From a virus, in IMG/VR virus record IMGVR_UViG_3300043446_003158, positions 113,188 to 177,187 of that record: a stretch of 64,000 bases of DNA; one strand, given 5' to 3'. The notes below the pieces were generated by a model that was not told the DNA's origin, made no database searches, and saw nothing but the letters and a program-made list of their open reading frames with translations. Position numbers and translations under genes: made by a program. Below, piece by piece: positions 30,928 through 42,900 of the stretch (position 1 is its first letter; each line of letters starts with the position of its first letter).

Positions 30928-31116
30928 TTATGTTTCATTACCATGTATAAAAGACAAAGAAGATAAAACTTCTTGCTGTTTTAGATAAAGTTTATAGTAA
31001 GATTTTGCTATATTTTTTAATTGTTCAATATCATCTATACTATCAATTTCAGAAGCATATTTGAAGTATTCAAAACTTTTACTTAAATTTTCAAGTTGAA
31101 TTTTATCAGGATCCAT
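30928..31116 (-). CDS. Hypothetical protein
   Basis: 62-aa helical ORF coupled to its neighbours. Confidence 0.6.
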   Translation of the reverse strand: MDPDKIQLENLSKSFEYFKYASEIDSIDDIEQLKNIAKSYYKLYLKQQEVLSSLSFIHGNET

Positions 31117-31306
31117 TAAGCAACTCCTTTAATAAAGATTTAATTTCATATAACTCTTTTTTCATTTCATCTAATTCATTTTTTTGTTTAATTTTTTCAT
31201 TTCTCATTCTAATATAATTGTTATATTCTATTGTGTCTGTATTCAATATTGCTCCAGTTTCTTCATCTCTATATAAATTTTTATGTCCTTCTATTGGTAT
31301 CATCAT
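31106..31306 (-). CDS. Hypothetical coiled-coil protein
   Basis: IEGHKNLYRDEETGAILN followed by a heptad-rich tail. Confidence 0.65.
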   Translation of the reverse strand: MMIPIEGHKNLYRDEETGAILNTDTIEYNNYIRMRNEKIKQKNELDEMKKELYEIKSLLKELLNGS

Positions 31307-34300
31307 GCTAATGCAATTGCTCTAATATCTTTAAATTTTAATGGTTTTGCTTCGTTTGAACCACTCATAACTATTTTAATAACAAATCCCACAAATTGAC
31401 CCAAATTATCTGCAGTAAATTCATATTCTGAATATTCGCCTTCGGCAGATGATCCGACAAAAAAGTCTGGTGTACCATCATTTAAAGATTCATTGATAAT
31501 AGTGTCACCAATACCATCTCCATTTATGTCCTTCAAATTACTATATCCTGGGAAAAATTCATACGATTGTTTAACTCCACTAGAATCTGGTCTTATTAAT
31601 TTATACAACACTCTAAAATCACTAGAAGATGATTTATAACAATTTGTTATAACTTTAAGAGATGATGCAGGTTTTAATAAATTAATCTGTTTAGAAATGT
31701 ATATTGAAGAATGTGGATCATTTAATAAAATATTTGATCTATCATCTGTAACATAATTTGAAATTGGACTATTTAATTTATTTCTAATCAATGCTACAGT
31801 AGAACCTTCTACCAAATCTATCACTGGAGAAACATTTACATCAACTGTTCTTAAAGTTAATGATATTAACATTGATTTTAATCTAGGTGTAGATTGAACA
31901 TTATTAATTTCATTAATTCTGGATGATATTAATCTTGTCGAATCAAAATCATTTTTTGCATTTAATAAAATAGGAGAAAGACCTTGATCTACAAAAGATA
32001 CTTCTGATCCAGATGCGCTAGTTCCCGATATTGTTCTAATAGAACTGTTTATTGAAGTTCCTCCTGGAGTAAGAGTATTGAATTTAGGAATAATTGAATT
32101 ATATTGGTAATTTTGTGACGCTTTACAATTAGATCCACCAAAAGTTTTTTCTTCAATAAAACAAGAATTTGGATAATATTCTCTTGGGAATTGTAGATAA
32201 TAACAATCAGATGTTTCTAATGATTTTAAGTAAGAAGAATTTGGTTTTGTATGAGTAGTGTTAATTCTTACTAATCCAACATTATTACATTCATATTTGT
32301 AAACCATATCACCAGCACTATGATTCCTAATAGTGCTTCCATTTACACCTCTAGCAGATATTTGTAAATATCCAGTATTTACTGAACTATATGACATAAT
32401 TTCATTATTAATTAATACATAACCAGTGTTAAATCCAACAACTGCCGAGTTATCATATGTATAGAAGGATGAAGTGTTTGCTATTGATATTTGATTAGAT
32501 GCTGATGTAATGTTAGATATTAATGGTTCAGGAGAAGTATCTGGAAAAACTCCTCCTATTGTTATATAATTATTATTTGCATGATTTCCATGATTATAGT
32601 GCTCAACTTTAAAAGTGTTTCCGCTATATAAATCATTGTAGATTACTGGAGTTCTTATAACAGTTGTTCCTGCCAAAGAAACTGCAATATTATTTTCATA
32701 ATGAATTAAGTTATTACCTAAAGGAACATCACCACCTGGAAGATTTGTTAATAATAAAGTATCAGTTCCATTTATATCAGAAACTGATATAAGTGCTCCA
32801 AAACCTTGTGGATTATAACCTGTAGATATTCCAAGTAAATCTCCTGGAGAATATCCACTTCCACCTTGAACTATAACTGTATTAGAAAGTTTATTATCAG
32901 TAAAAGTTAAATTTGCAGTAGCATTAAATACATTTGGACCAAATCCAGATATGGTATATAATGGAACATTTAAATAAGTTCCATTTGAATATCCAGCCCC
33001 AACATTAGTTGTTGTTACTCCTGATATTTTTCCACCAGATTTTTCAATAAATCCATAATTTCCACCAGTAAAGTTAATTCTTTTACCAAAATTATAAAAA
33101 TTATTTAAATATGAAGTGGTAATACCAATAATAAGTTTTCTAGGAAATCCTGTTATTGGATTATCAACTAAAGTTTCAATATTTTGATCATAAAATTCTT
33201 CTACAGAAGTGTTAGATAAAATTGGATTAGTAAAAAATGCTGTTCCAGAAGAAACAAACTGCGCTTTGTATAATTTAAATTTTAAATCTTGGAGTAAAGA
33301 TGGAACTGGAGAATTTCCATTTTGTGGTTTGTATAAACTTCCGCCTACAAATTGATTTGAATATATGACTTGTTCAGATTGTGGATAATTTTGAGTTGTA
33401 ACTGTTGGATTATTAGATATTGCAGTCCAAACAGAATATGATGAAGAAGATGGAGAATATACTGATAAACAATATTGTTTATTTCTTTCCAAATATAATG
33501 GTGAAGATAATTTAAAATTAGTTGCAACTGAACCATCTGGAGAAATATTAATTTTATTTGGAGGTAACTGAACTCGTGCAAAATCCTGCAATAGTTTATT
33601 TGTTGGAGATCCCCCAAGATCGACCTCCCTAATTTCTACTGTTACTTTTTCAGAAGCATCTTTTTCTTTAAAATACAAATCAATAGAAGTTAAAAATCCT
33701 CCAGTATTATCAACTTTAAAAGTTTGAGATAAATAACTTCTTGAAGATGCAGAAGAATTTATCAAAACAGGTCTTCTAATAATACTATTGTTAGAAAAAT
33801 TAGAATTTTCTGATAAGTAAAGAACAGATTCGCATGTACTTTTATTTAATTGTGTATATGATGATTCTAATTTAAACGTCTTATCACCTACATTAAAAGT
33901 AGAAGATGGTTCTGGTTGAGAAAATGGATTGCTAACAAAGAAACAACCAATCAAATCTCCAAAATTATCTGTAACTAAAGATTGGGAACTAACAACGCAC
34001 TGTGCCCCACTTGTTTTTCCGACTATCAATAATCCACTTCTAACATAACCATAAAATCTTCCATCAGCATTGTCTGATAAAGAATATGTATCTATATTTA
34101 AAACTGTTGTTGATTGTGAATAATCAGATAAAATTTCTGTTTGTTGATATGGGTTTAAAGTATAAGTTTCTGAAGGACTATTATAAGGACCATACTTATG
34201 ATTTGGTGAGCACAAACGTGCCGAAAAAACTTTTACATTGCCTTCATATCCTTCTATAGTTTCTCCAATATTAAAAATTCCAGTTGTCATTGATATTTTT

Positions 34301-37300
34301 AATAATTTTGGGATTATGTTAATATAACTAGAACCATCAAAAGATGAAGTATAATTAGTTAATGGAAATAAATTAGATGCTAAAAATTCAACATTTCTAG
34401 ATCTCATTTTTTTACTATATTCACCATTTAAAAATAAATTAGAAAGATAATTATTAGTCCATTCACTTTGAGATCTTATAAATGAACCTTTGTATGGATT
34501 TAAAGTTTTAACCCATAAATCTACAGATGGACGAAGTTTTAAGTATCCATTGTGATTTGATAATCCGTTTGGATTAATATTTTCGGAATTTGTTGCAAAA
34601 GGTTGCGATAAATCTCCCCACTCAAGTTCGGAATAATTCAATGTAATTAAATCTCCGCTTTTTTTAATGTTAGAATCAACTAAATTTAAATCAGAAGAGT
34701 AATCTGCAGTTTCTAAGTTAATGTTTTGTGCTGGTAGTATTTGAGTTTTTAAAGAATGAATAGAAACATCTGTACTCATTTCACCTAGTTCAGAATTTAT
34801 AGAAACTTTTGCATCTTTATTGTTATAATCTACCATGGTAGAATTCGCAAAACTATCTGCAAAAAACCCGCACTTATATTTGGATAATCCTAATCCTTGA
34901 GTATCCGTAATTTGTAAAGATTTGACATCCAATTCTAATAAACTTAATGAAGCAAAATTTTCTAATTTTTGAATTCTATCTTCTAATCTGGTAATATCTT
35001 TCATAGTATATCTTTTATTTTCAATTAAAGATACTTTAATATCTTCTATTTTATAAACATATGCTGGAATTTCTATTTTAGCAATATCCATAGCATCATC
35101 TACCGATGCTGGTTCTTGTGGATTTAAAGATGCAAAACCAGTTATTAATTGAAAATTTCCATTTTTATTTAAAATAAGTTTATCTATCCTGGGAACATAG
35201 TACGAATAGGAAACTGTAGTGGATTCATTTGGAGCAACAACTATCTGTGATGATTGATTAGACGAAAAAATTCTACTAGAAAAATCAAATGGTGAAGAAG
35301 ATAATGATGTAAACTTTGATACTCTTGGTCTAAAATCTAAAACATCAGAAGATCTAACAGAATCTTTTAATGAGGAAATATCATTTTTAAAATTATTTGT
35401 ATTATAACTATTTGCAGTATATAAATCTCCAGAATCAGATTCAGAAACTTCAAAAGAATTATAAATTATTAGTAATTTTTTTGACGGGGAATTTGTTCCT
35501 ACATTTCTTATTATTTTTGAATAATCATAATATTGATCTTTTTGCCCTTTATCCAAAATAAAATCATTTGTTTTATCTATATACGAACCTTTATAAACAT
35601 TCAATAAAGAAACCGATATTTTAGATTCTTCAAATGAAATAGTATCGTTAGTTTGAAATTTATTAGAATTTAAATATACAAAATTTATTTCTGAACTTTG
35701 AATACTAACTATTTGACCAACAGCATCACTAACAGATCCATATATTTTTTCTCCAATAATTGCATTTGTTACAGATTCTGTTGGAAAAATTAATTTATCT
35801 AATACTGGTACGCCTGAATTTGTGGATTCATAAATACATACAATTTTAGAAACATCTGGAACATTTAAACATATTTCATTATCTTCAACTCTAGTTCCGT
35901 AATAATTACTAGTAGTTAATCCACTAATACCATTAGAAATTTGTAAAGAAGTTTTATCTATTAATAATTGTTGACTTCTTTTATAAATTTTTGACTTGCT
36001 TCTAATTAAATTTTTAGTTATTGTACATACAACAGTTACGTTTGCTGATTGTGATGCTTTTAAACCATAAAAAGTAATATCAGATCCATTGTTTGTAATC
36101 TCAACTTTTTCAGAATTTAATTTTTCTACTGATCCGTCGCTATAAAAAATAGAATACCTACCAGGAGAAAAAGGTTCAAAATATCCGTTAGTTATTGAAA
36201 AATCTCCAGAAACTCCTAAAGATAATTGTCCTAAAGAAGACGTACTTTTTTGGGACACTTGTTTAACTAACGTTATTTTTGAAGAAGATAAATCAACATT
36301 TGATATATTTTTATTAGTTAAATTGACGTATAAATTTGATTTTTCTTTATTTTTAATTGTAGATTCGCCCAAAGAAAATGTAGAGGTAACTGAACTTCCT
36401 GTCGGCAAAGAACCTACACATACATTATTTACAGTTGGAATTGCTTCAACGTGCATTTTTAATCCATCTTCACTAACATACACAACCCTATTATAAGTTT
36501 CGGTTGATAAACCAGAAACTTGATATCTAATAATAGATTCTGTTTTTATACCAACAAAACTAAGTCCAGATGAGGAAGTAACAGTACTAATTCCAGATAA
36601 ATTTGGATTAATTGTTATAGTGTCTGATGGATTAAAATTTTGAGAAATAGATTTTTGTAAAAATATGTCGGCAGAAAAATCTGTGCTTAATCCACTTGCA
36701 GATAAAATAGATGAATCTTGATATACTGATTTTATATCTTGGGGTCCATAAACTTTAATATCTGATACAGTTCTAATTAAATCTTTATTTGAATCAATAA
36801 TTATTTGTTCATTTTTTATAAAAGAACCAGATGTTTGATAAATGTATAAAATATTACTATTATTTGGAGATTCTGCTACATATCCAGAAGCTCCACTACT
36901 TAATCCTCTAACATATGAAGATACATTTACTGTATTATTAGTAGATGTATTTAATAATAATTTAGTATACGTTTGTACATCGTATGCATATAAATTCCAT
37001 CTGGAAGATTCATTTTTATATGTATCATCACTCAATGAAAAAGAGTATACTCTTGCTTTCCCTATAGTAGTTCCGGATCCTGCAGTATTGCTTGATTTTC
37101 TTTTATTAAAAAATGAAACAGTATAAGTATTTCCAACTCCTATTGCAGGACATCCAGATACATTATTTAAAACTATCAAATTTCCCATTTCAAATAAAAT
37201 GGGAGATTGTGGAGAAACATTTAAAGATCTAGTTTTTCTTGAATCTAAAATTGTTGTTGATGATTTTTCTATATCATTTCCATTAACGTATGCTTTACCT

Positions 37301-38361
37301 GAAGAAATTTTTACACAAAATATATCTTCTCTTGGAGTATTATTTTGCTCAGTTTTTTCATTACTAGTAAATAAACCTTTTTGATCTGTTAAATTATTTA
37401 AAGAATCTGCAACATCCACAAAAAATGGACTTAATGAAAAATTACCAGATTGTTCATATGTTCTTTTAGAAATATATTCTTTTATTAAAGAATAATCTGT
37501 AGAGTCTTTTATTTTTTTGACTACACCATTAGTAATTCTAAGAATTTCAATAAAATTAGTATCATCATAATCATTTAAAAGTTGTTTTGATAATTTAACT
37601 TTTAGTTTAAATCTGTCTGCTCCAGGAGCTGAGTAATTAGTAAATCCTTTAGCATTATCATATAGTGTATTATCATCATAAGCACTTATAAATTCTTCAG
37701 AAATACTTAATCCAACTCTGTATGAAGGTGTATTTGAATATTGATCTAAAATTATAGTATCTTTATCTACAGTTACAAAAAAATCTCTTATATAATAAAT
37801 TCCAGGAGATATAGATACTGCTGATCCTGTAGAAGTTGAATTTGATTCAATTAAAGATGCTATTGTATTTCCAGATGTAATAGTAGTATTTCCGTATTTA
37901 ATATTATCTAATAAAGTTAAGGTCTCACCATCAGAGAATCCAGAATTATTAAAAGATGAATCTGATTTTAAATACTTGACATATAAAGTAGTAACATTTT
38001 CTATAGAATCATTCCTAGATAAAACGTTTTGAACTACACAAGTAACTTGAGATACATCTCCCAATAATCTTTTACCTATTAATTCTTTATAATAAAATTC
38101 TACATCTAATCCCAAATGAATAGGGTTTATTTTAACGGCATAATAATTTGAATCATAAGAAACATCTCCAGGAACTACAACAGATCCATCTTTGAATAAG
38201 TTTTTTCCTATTGCAGAAATTTGATCTTGAAGTATAGACTGTAAAGTTGTTAATTCTCTGGCTTGAACTGGATATCCAGGCTTAAATAAAACCTTATAAA
38301 AATTTTTTGTTGCATCAAAATCATCAAAATATGGTGATAGGTTTAAATTTGTTTTTGCCAT
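31303..38361 (-). CDS. Large virion structural protein (DUF4815/VrlC-like)
   Basis: 2352 aa starting TNLNLSPYFDDF...KVLFKPGYPVQARELTTLQSILQ, YSAPGADRFK, RYTMKDI, QTFKV; follows gp8. Confidence 0.8.
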   Translation of the reverse strand: MAKTNLNLSPYFDDFDATKNFYKVLFKPGYPVQARELTTLQSILQDQISAIGKNLFKDGSVVVPGDVSYDSNYYAVKINPIHLGLDVEFYYKELIGKRLLGDVSQVTCVVQNVLSRNDSIENVTTLYVKYLKSDSSFNNSGFSDGETLTLLDNIKYGNTTITSGNTIASLIESNSTSTGSAVSISPGIYYIRDFFVTVDKDTIILDQYSNTPSYRVGLSISEEFISAYDDNTLYDNAKGFTNYSAPGADRFKLKVKLSKQLLNDYDDTNFIEILRITNGVVKKIKDSTDYSLIKEYISKRTYEQSGNFSLSPFFVDVADSLNNLTDQKGLFTSNEKTEQNNTPREDIFCVKISSGKAYVNGNDIEKSSTTILDSRKTRSLNVSPQSPILFEMGNLIVLNNVSGCPAIGVGNTYTVSFFNKRKSSNTAGSGTTIGKARVYSFSLSDDTYKNESSRWNLYAYDVQTYTKLLLNTSTNNTVNVSSYVRGLSSGASGYVAESPNNSNILYIYQTSGSFIKNEQIIIDSNKDLIRTVSDIKVYGPQDIKSVYQDSSILSASGLSTDFSADIFLQKSISQNFNPSDTITINPNLSGISTVTSSSGLSFVGIKTESIIRYQVSGLSTETYNRVVYVSEDGLKMHVEAIPTVNNVCVGSLPTGSSVTSTFSLGESTIKNKEKSNLYVNLTNKNISNVDLSSSKITLVKQVSQKSTSSLGQLSLGVSGDFSITNGYFEPFSPGRYSIFYSDGSVEKLNSEKVEITNNGSDITFYGLKASQSANVTVVCTITKNLIRSKSKIYKRSQQLLIDKTSLQISNGISGLTTSNYYGTRVEDNEICLNVPDVSKIVCIYESTNSGVPVLDKLIFPTESVTNAIIGEKIYGSVSDAVGQIVSIQSSEINFVYLNSNKFQTNDTISFEESKISVSLLNVYKGSYIDKTNDFILDKGQKDQYYDYSKIIRNVGTNSPSKKLLIIYNSFEVSESDSGDLYTANSYNTNNFKNDISSLKDSVRSSDVLDFRPRVSKFTSLSSSPFDFSSRIFSSNQSSQIVVAPNESTTVSYSYYVPRIDKLILNKNGNFQLITGFASLNPQEPASVDDAMDIAKIEIPAYVYKIEDIKVSLIENKRYTMKDITRLEDRIQKLENFASLSLLELDVKSLQITDTQGLGLSKYKCGFFADSFANSTMVDYNNKDAKVSINSELGEMSTDVSIHSLKTQILPAQNINLETADYSSDLNLVDSNIKKSGDLITLNYSELEWGDLSQPFATNSENINPNGLSNHNGYLKLRPSVDLWVKTLNPYKGSFIRSQSEWTNNYLSNLFLNGEYSKKMRSRNVEFLASNLFPLTNYTSSFDGSSYINIIPKLLKISMTTGIFNIGETIEGYEGNVKVFSARLCSPNHKYGPYNSPSETYTLNPYQQTEILSDYSQSTTVLNIDTYSLSDNADGRFYGYVRSGLLIVGKTSGAQCVVSSQSLVTDNFGDLIGCFFVSNPFSQPEPSSTFNVGDKTFKLESSYTQLNKSTCESVLYLSENSNFSNNSIIRRPVLINSSASSRSYLSQTFKVDNTGGFLTSIDLYFKEKDASEKVTVEIREVDLGGSPTNKLLQDFARVQLPPNKINISPDGSVATNFKLSSPLYLERNKQYCLSVYSPSSSSYSVWTAISNNPTVTTQNYPQSEQVIYSNQFVGGSLYKPQNGNSPVPSLLQDLKFKLYKAQFVSSGTAFFTNPILSNTSVEEFYDQNIETLVDNPITGFPRKLIIGITTSYLNNFYNFGKRINFTGGNYGFIEKSGGKISGVTTTNVGAGYSNGTYLNVPLYTISGFGPNVFNATANLTFTDNKLSNTVIVQGGSGYSPGDLLGISTGYNPQGFGALISVSDINGTDTLLLTNLPGGDVPLGNNLIHYENNIAVSLAGTTVIRTPVIYNDLYSGNTFKVEHYNHGNHANNNYITIGGVFPDTSPEPLISNITSASNQISIANTSSFYTYDNSAVVGFNTGYVLINNEIMSYSSVNTGYLQISARGVNGSTIRNHSAGDMVYKYECNNVGLVRINTTHTKPNSSYLKSLETSDCYYLQFPREYYPNSCFIEEKTFGGSNCKASQNYQYNSIIPKFNTLTPGGTSINSSIRTISGTSASGSEVSFVDQGLSPILLNAKNDFDSTRLISSRINEINNVQSTPRLKSMLISLTLRTVDVNVSPVIDLVEGSTVALIRNKLNSPISNYVTDDRSNILLNDPHSSIYISKQINLLKPASSLKVITNCYKSSSSDFRVLYKLIRPDSSGVKQSYEFFPGYSNLKDINGDGIGDTIINESLNDGTPDFFVGSSAEGEYSEYEFTADNLGQFVGFVIKIVMSGSNEAKPLKFKDIRAIALA

Positions 38362-38367
38362 TTTAAT

Positions 38368-39930
38368 TTAAAATTCCAGTACGATTTTAATGTCTTCTTT
38401 TTGTTTTGGATTTCTATTAACAACAGGTCTGTTGTCAATATAAATTAGTTCTCCAGATCTTCTATTTATTTCTGGTGAAGCAATTCCATTTACAAAATTT
38501 GTGTTTAAATCAATTGATTTTGAATTTGAGACGAATAAATCACTTTCTTGAAATGATGCATCAATAGCAGCACTAAAACCTTCTTGTGTTGTTATTAATC
38601 CCCCAGATGTGGAAAATCCAATAGCAGAAGATTGTGTAAATACACTCTTAGAATCTTTTTGGTCATAAGATAAATCATTAAAATATAAAGATCTATCTGT
38701 AAAATATTTTAAAACTTTTGTTTCGGAATCATAAGAAGCAATATAACCAACTGCAGTACCAACTCCAGATATTGATTGAAATATTTTTGCTCCTGGAATT
38801 GCTAATTGAGGAGATGCTACAGTAGATTCATTTAATTTCAGCGCATATAAATTTGAAAATGTAGTATCATAGTATATTGATGATGCAGATCCAGCTATGG
38901 TTGGATTTTTAAGAATCCCTATTTGTGCAAATTTAATATCAGAAGGAAAATCTTTCGTAGAGTCATCAAATCTTGCATATATTAAAACTCTTTCACATCC
39001 TAATTCAGTATATATGTCATGCCCATGCCCTCTTGATGGTGGTATTATTGGTATTAAATGTGCAAATGAAGTAGCACCTTGATTTATTGGAGATAAATCA
39101 ACTCTACCATAAGTATAATTTTTTCCACCATTAGAAACTAAAACATTATCTATTTTTCCACCAATAACATCAACAATAACTTTTGCCCCAGTTCCATCAC
39201 CTATTATGTCTAAAGATTCTGTTGAAGAATTGTAACCAGTTCCTGGATTTTCTATATAAACTTTTTTTATTTGGTTTTCATTTATTAAAGAATCTCCACT
39301 ACTTCTAATTGCCTTAATATCGGCATCGGTTGTGGTGGCCCAATTTTCCGGAACTGGTATATATTCAATAGAATCAAATTTAACTATATCACTAGGAGAA
39401 ACAGTAAACAAATATTTCCATAAATATCCGTCACCACTTTCTCCTGCTCTAGATGGTTCTAAATCAACAAATAAAGGTTCATCTTGAGAAGGATTTCCTA
39501 ATCTATTTGTTGATTTAGATCCATTATCTACACACAAATAAACTCTATAGTCTTTATTAACTACGTAATAATTTGCATCATATAATCTATATGAACTTGT
39601 TTTTGGAGATGGATTTTGTACTGAATAGTCATGGCGATACATTTCATAAATTGAATTTTTTGTCCACTGAACTTTTCTTACTAATCTTCTAACATTATCA
39701 CTTGTTATTCTTTTTCCAAAAAGAATAGTATCTTTTACATGATTTAAATAATTAAAATTATCAGTTGGTGAAGGAATACTTGAATCCCAATTAGAAGTTC
39801 TACCAAAACCTACCGAAGATGGATTTGACAAACCTAAAAATACATAGTAAGAATTATTTGGGTCTTGTACAGACTTTACAAAATTTTCAGAATTTAAAAC
39901 TCTAAATTGATCAGTAACTATTGCCGACAT
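38368..39930 (-). CDS. gp8: Baseplate wedge subunit gp8
   Basis: YEMYRHDYS, YRVYLCVDNG, DGYLWKYLFTV, SGELIYIDNR. Confidence 0.9.
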   Translation of the reverse strand: MSAIVTDQFRVLNSENFVKSVQDPNNSYYVFLGLSNPSSVGFGRTSNWDSSIPSPTDNFNYLNHVKDTILFGKRITSDNVRRLVRKVQWTKNSIYEMYRHDYSVQNPSPKTSSYRLYDANYYVVNKDYRVYLCVDNGSKSTNRLGNPSQDEPLFVDLEPSRAGESGDGYLWKYLFTVSPSDIVKFDSIEYIPVPENWATTTDADIKAIRSSGDSLINENQIKKVYIENPGTGYNSSTESLDIIGDGTGAKVIVDVIGGKIDNVLVSNGGKNYTYGRVDLSPINQGATSFAHLIPIIPPSRGHGHDIYTELGCERVLIYARFDDSTKDFPSDIKFAQIGILKNPTIAGSASSIYYDTTFSNLYALKLNESTVASPQLAIPGAKIFQSISGVGTAVGYIASYDSETKVLKYFTDRSLYFNDLSYDQKDSKSVFTQSSAIGFSTSGGLITTQEGFSAAIDASFQESDLFVSNSKSIDLNTNFVNGIASPEINRRSGELIYIDNRPVVNRNPKQKEDIKIVLEF

Positions 39931-39953
39931 TTATAATTCGTTTATGTTATCTT

Positions 39954-39961
39954 TATTTATA
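39954..39961 (-). promoter_or_regulatory. T4-type late promoter TATAAATA
   Basis: Exact consensus in the gp7-gp8 gap. Confidence 0.75.
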
Positions 39962-39963
39962 AT

Positions 39964-42900
39964 TTAATCCAAGAATATTTTTACCAATCCTCCCAATTCT
40001 CTTAACCCATAACCTCTTCTTTGGATTGTTGGGAATGAAGACAACCCAGAAGATGCAGTATAATTAGATAAATCTATAGATAATGGATTAGTTTCTGATC
40101 TTTTCACAGAACTAAATTTACCCCAAGAAAATCTTCCTTTTAAAGAAGATCCAGTTGTTTTGAGACCTATTACTGAAGTTTTATCTGATATATTGCATAT
40201 TATTTCTCCTTTAAGATTCAAATTTGTTATTTGATGAACTTGGTATATATTATCGCAATAAGTATTACCAATTGAAACAATTTGCAATTCATTTGAATTG
40301 ATTGAAGTTATTCCATTTCCAATAGAAGTATCAAATACATATATTGGATATCCAACAATTAAATTACTTACATTTATGTTTTGATCATACGAAGTAAATA
40401 ACTTAAGTGCCAAGTTTGTCCCTATACCTGGGCAAGTTGTTATTCCAGTAATTATTCCAGAAAAACCTTGTACAAAATTAATATCAGTAACTAACTCGTT
40501 TGGTATTGCGGAAATGGGTGCAATAACTTCTGGTGGATTTGAATATGTATATCCATATCCAGAATTTGAAATATAAATTGGTGTAGTAATTGTTCCAGCT
40601 GCTGATACTGTTGCAGATATTATTGCATCTGTACCTCCTATGGAAGAAACGGATCTTAATTTTAATAAAATACTATTTCCAATACCAAGACCAGCATATC
40701 CACTTCCACCACTATTTACTGTAATTTTAGAAATAGTAGAAGATAAAGAGACCGTTGCAGTTAATGCTGCAGAAATTGGAGATCCGTTTTGAACTATTAA
40801 TCCATTAAAGTTTGGAATACTAAGATCAAATTGATTTTCTTCATATTTAAAAAATTGAGCGTTATCAACAAATATTTCAGTATCAGAATTTGAAACTGAT
40901 TTTATTATTTTTGCAGTTGGAAAAATTTGACTCTCTAAACTATCTCTGTCTTTATATTGAGTAATTAAATTTGTAACAAGATCTGTTTTTTGTGGAATTA
41001 AATCCATTGGCTTTGGATTTAATTCGTCAACGCCTTCTCCTAAATAAATTCCAGTTTCAAAAGAATCTGAAGAAGTTATAAAAGAAATTACTCTTGGGTC
41101 TTGACCAATAGTAAATGGTAAACCTTCATTTTTATTAATTTGTATAGAATCTCCTGGTTTAATAGTTGGATATACATTTATTTCAACACTATCAATTCCA
41201 GCAGTTCCTCTATAGAAAAATATTGATACATTGTCTTCATATTTTGGAGCTTCAAAAAACTTAAATGTTGTCCCTCCATTATATTCATAAGAAACTCCAG
41301 GTTCCTGTAAAACACCATTGATAAAAATTAATAATATTGTTGAAAAATCAATTATTGCTGCTGCAGGATCTGTTTTACTACGTTCAAAACTTAATAGTTT
41401 GTTATTTTTTATAAGGGGAAATCTTGTTCTAACTCCATTTTGTAAAGGTTTTGTTGTATCCACAAAATCAAATTCTCCAACTTGCCAAGCACCAAAAGTA
41501 TCTGCTTTAACTTCAGTAACAGTAAATGTTAATGGTTCTAATGGTTTGCTAATTCCAGCAGCAGTTGTTAATCCATTTAATTCAAATACATCTCCAAGTT
41601 CAAAAGAATACCCTGGTTTTGTGATTATAAAATCACTAATATAAGAATATGAAGAACCAATTCCAACTCTTTCTGATGGAGAAGCAACTACAGTTATTGA
41701 AAGACCTATTCCAGTTTTTGTTGTGCTTCCAATAGATGGTCTAAACAAACCTTTAATAGAAAGATTTTGATAAGATGGATCCGAAATAACTGGGATTGGA
41801 TTAGAATATCCAGTTCCACCATTAATAATTGTAAAACTAGTTATTGATCCCCCAGAACCAACATTAGCAGTTATTGTTGCTGATAATCCAACATGAGAAG
41901 TATCTGCAATAGATACTGATACTGAACTATAATATCCAGATCCTCTAAATTCATCTCCAAAATCAAATCCAAATGAAGTTGTTAAAGAAGATGTATTAGT
42001 TGTTAGTTTTGATAATGTTATCGAATTGATACCAACTGATGACACTAAAGTATCAAATTGTAAAATATTAGTTATGTTTGGTACTTTTAAATTTACATAT
42101 TGAGGGACAAATTTTATTTCATCAACATACTTATTTAAAATATTCATAACTTTTTGATTGACTTTAATACTATCAGTATTAATTCCAGTTACAATGTTTG
42201 TTGTTACTCCAATATTACCAGTTACTGCTAAACCAACTATTATTGAAGTTGTAAATCCAATAGATTTAATTGATCCTCCAGCACCGACTTTAACATCTAA
42301 GACATCAGATGGAACTCCTATTAATGGAGCATATCCATGTCCACCAGTGAAAGCTAAAGATACTAATACACCTCCTTTTGGTAAATCATTTTGATTTATA
42401 TCATAATCCACAGTAAATGACTCTGATGTATTTGGTAAAGTTATTCCTTTAAACCTTACACTAGAAATACCACCAGAAGTTAATATTTCATAATTATTAT
42501 TTGTGTTATTTGTAGTATCTGGAGTTTGATATATATCATTTAAAATTAAAATATTATTTCCGGGAACAGCATCTGATACTACTTTACCGCCAGAGTATAA
42601 ACTAAATGTTCTTCCAACTCCAGTAAAATTTAAAGATATATCATCATAAATTCTATTTGTTGTATAATCTTTTCTTAAATATACTCTACCATTAAATGTT
42701 GATTTTGGTAATGGTAAATAGTTATCACCAAATAAAGCATTATTTCCTTTACCATCTGGTGCTTCAGAGAACCATATTTTATTTCCAACAATATTATAAG
42801 ATCCTTTATATATTCTAATATCAGTATTATCAGTATGAGTAGTAGATATACTTCCTAAAGATCCTCTATTGACGTTACATAATGCAAATGTTCCTAATCC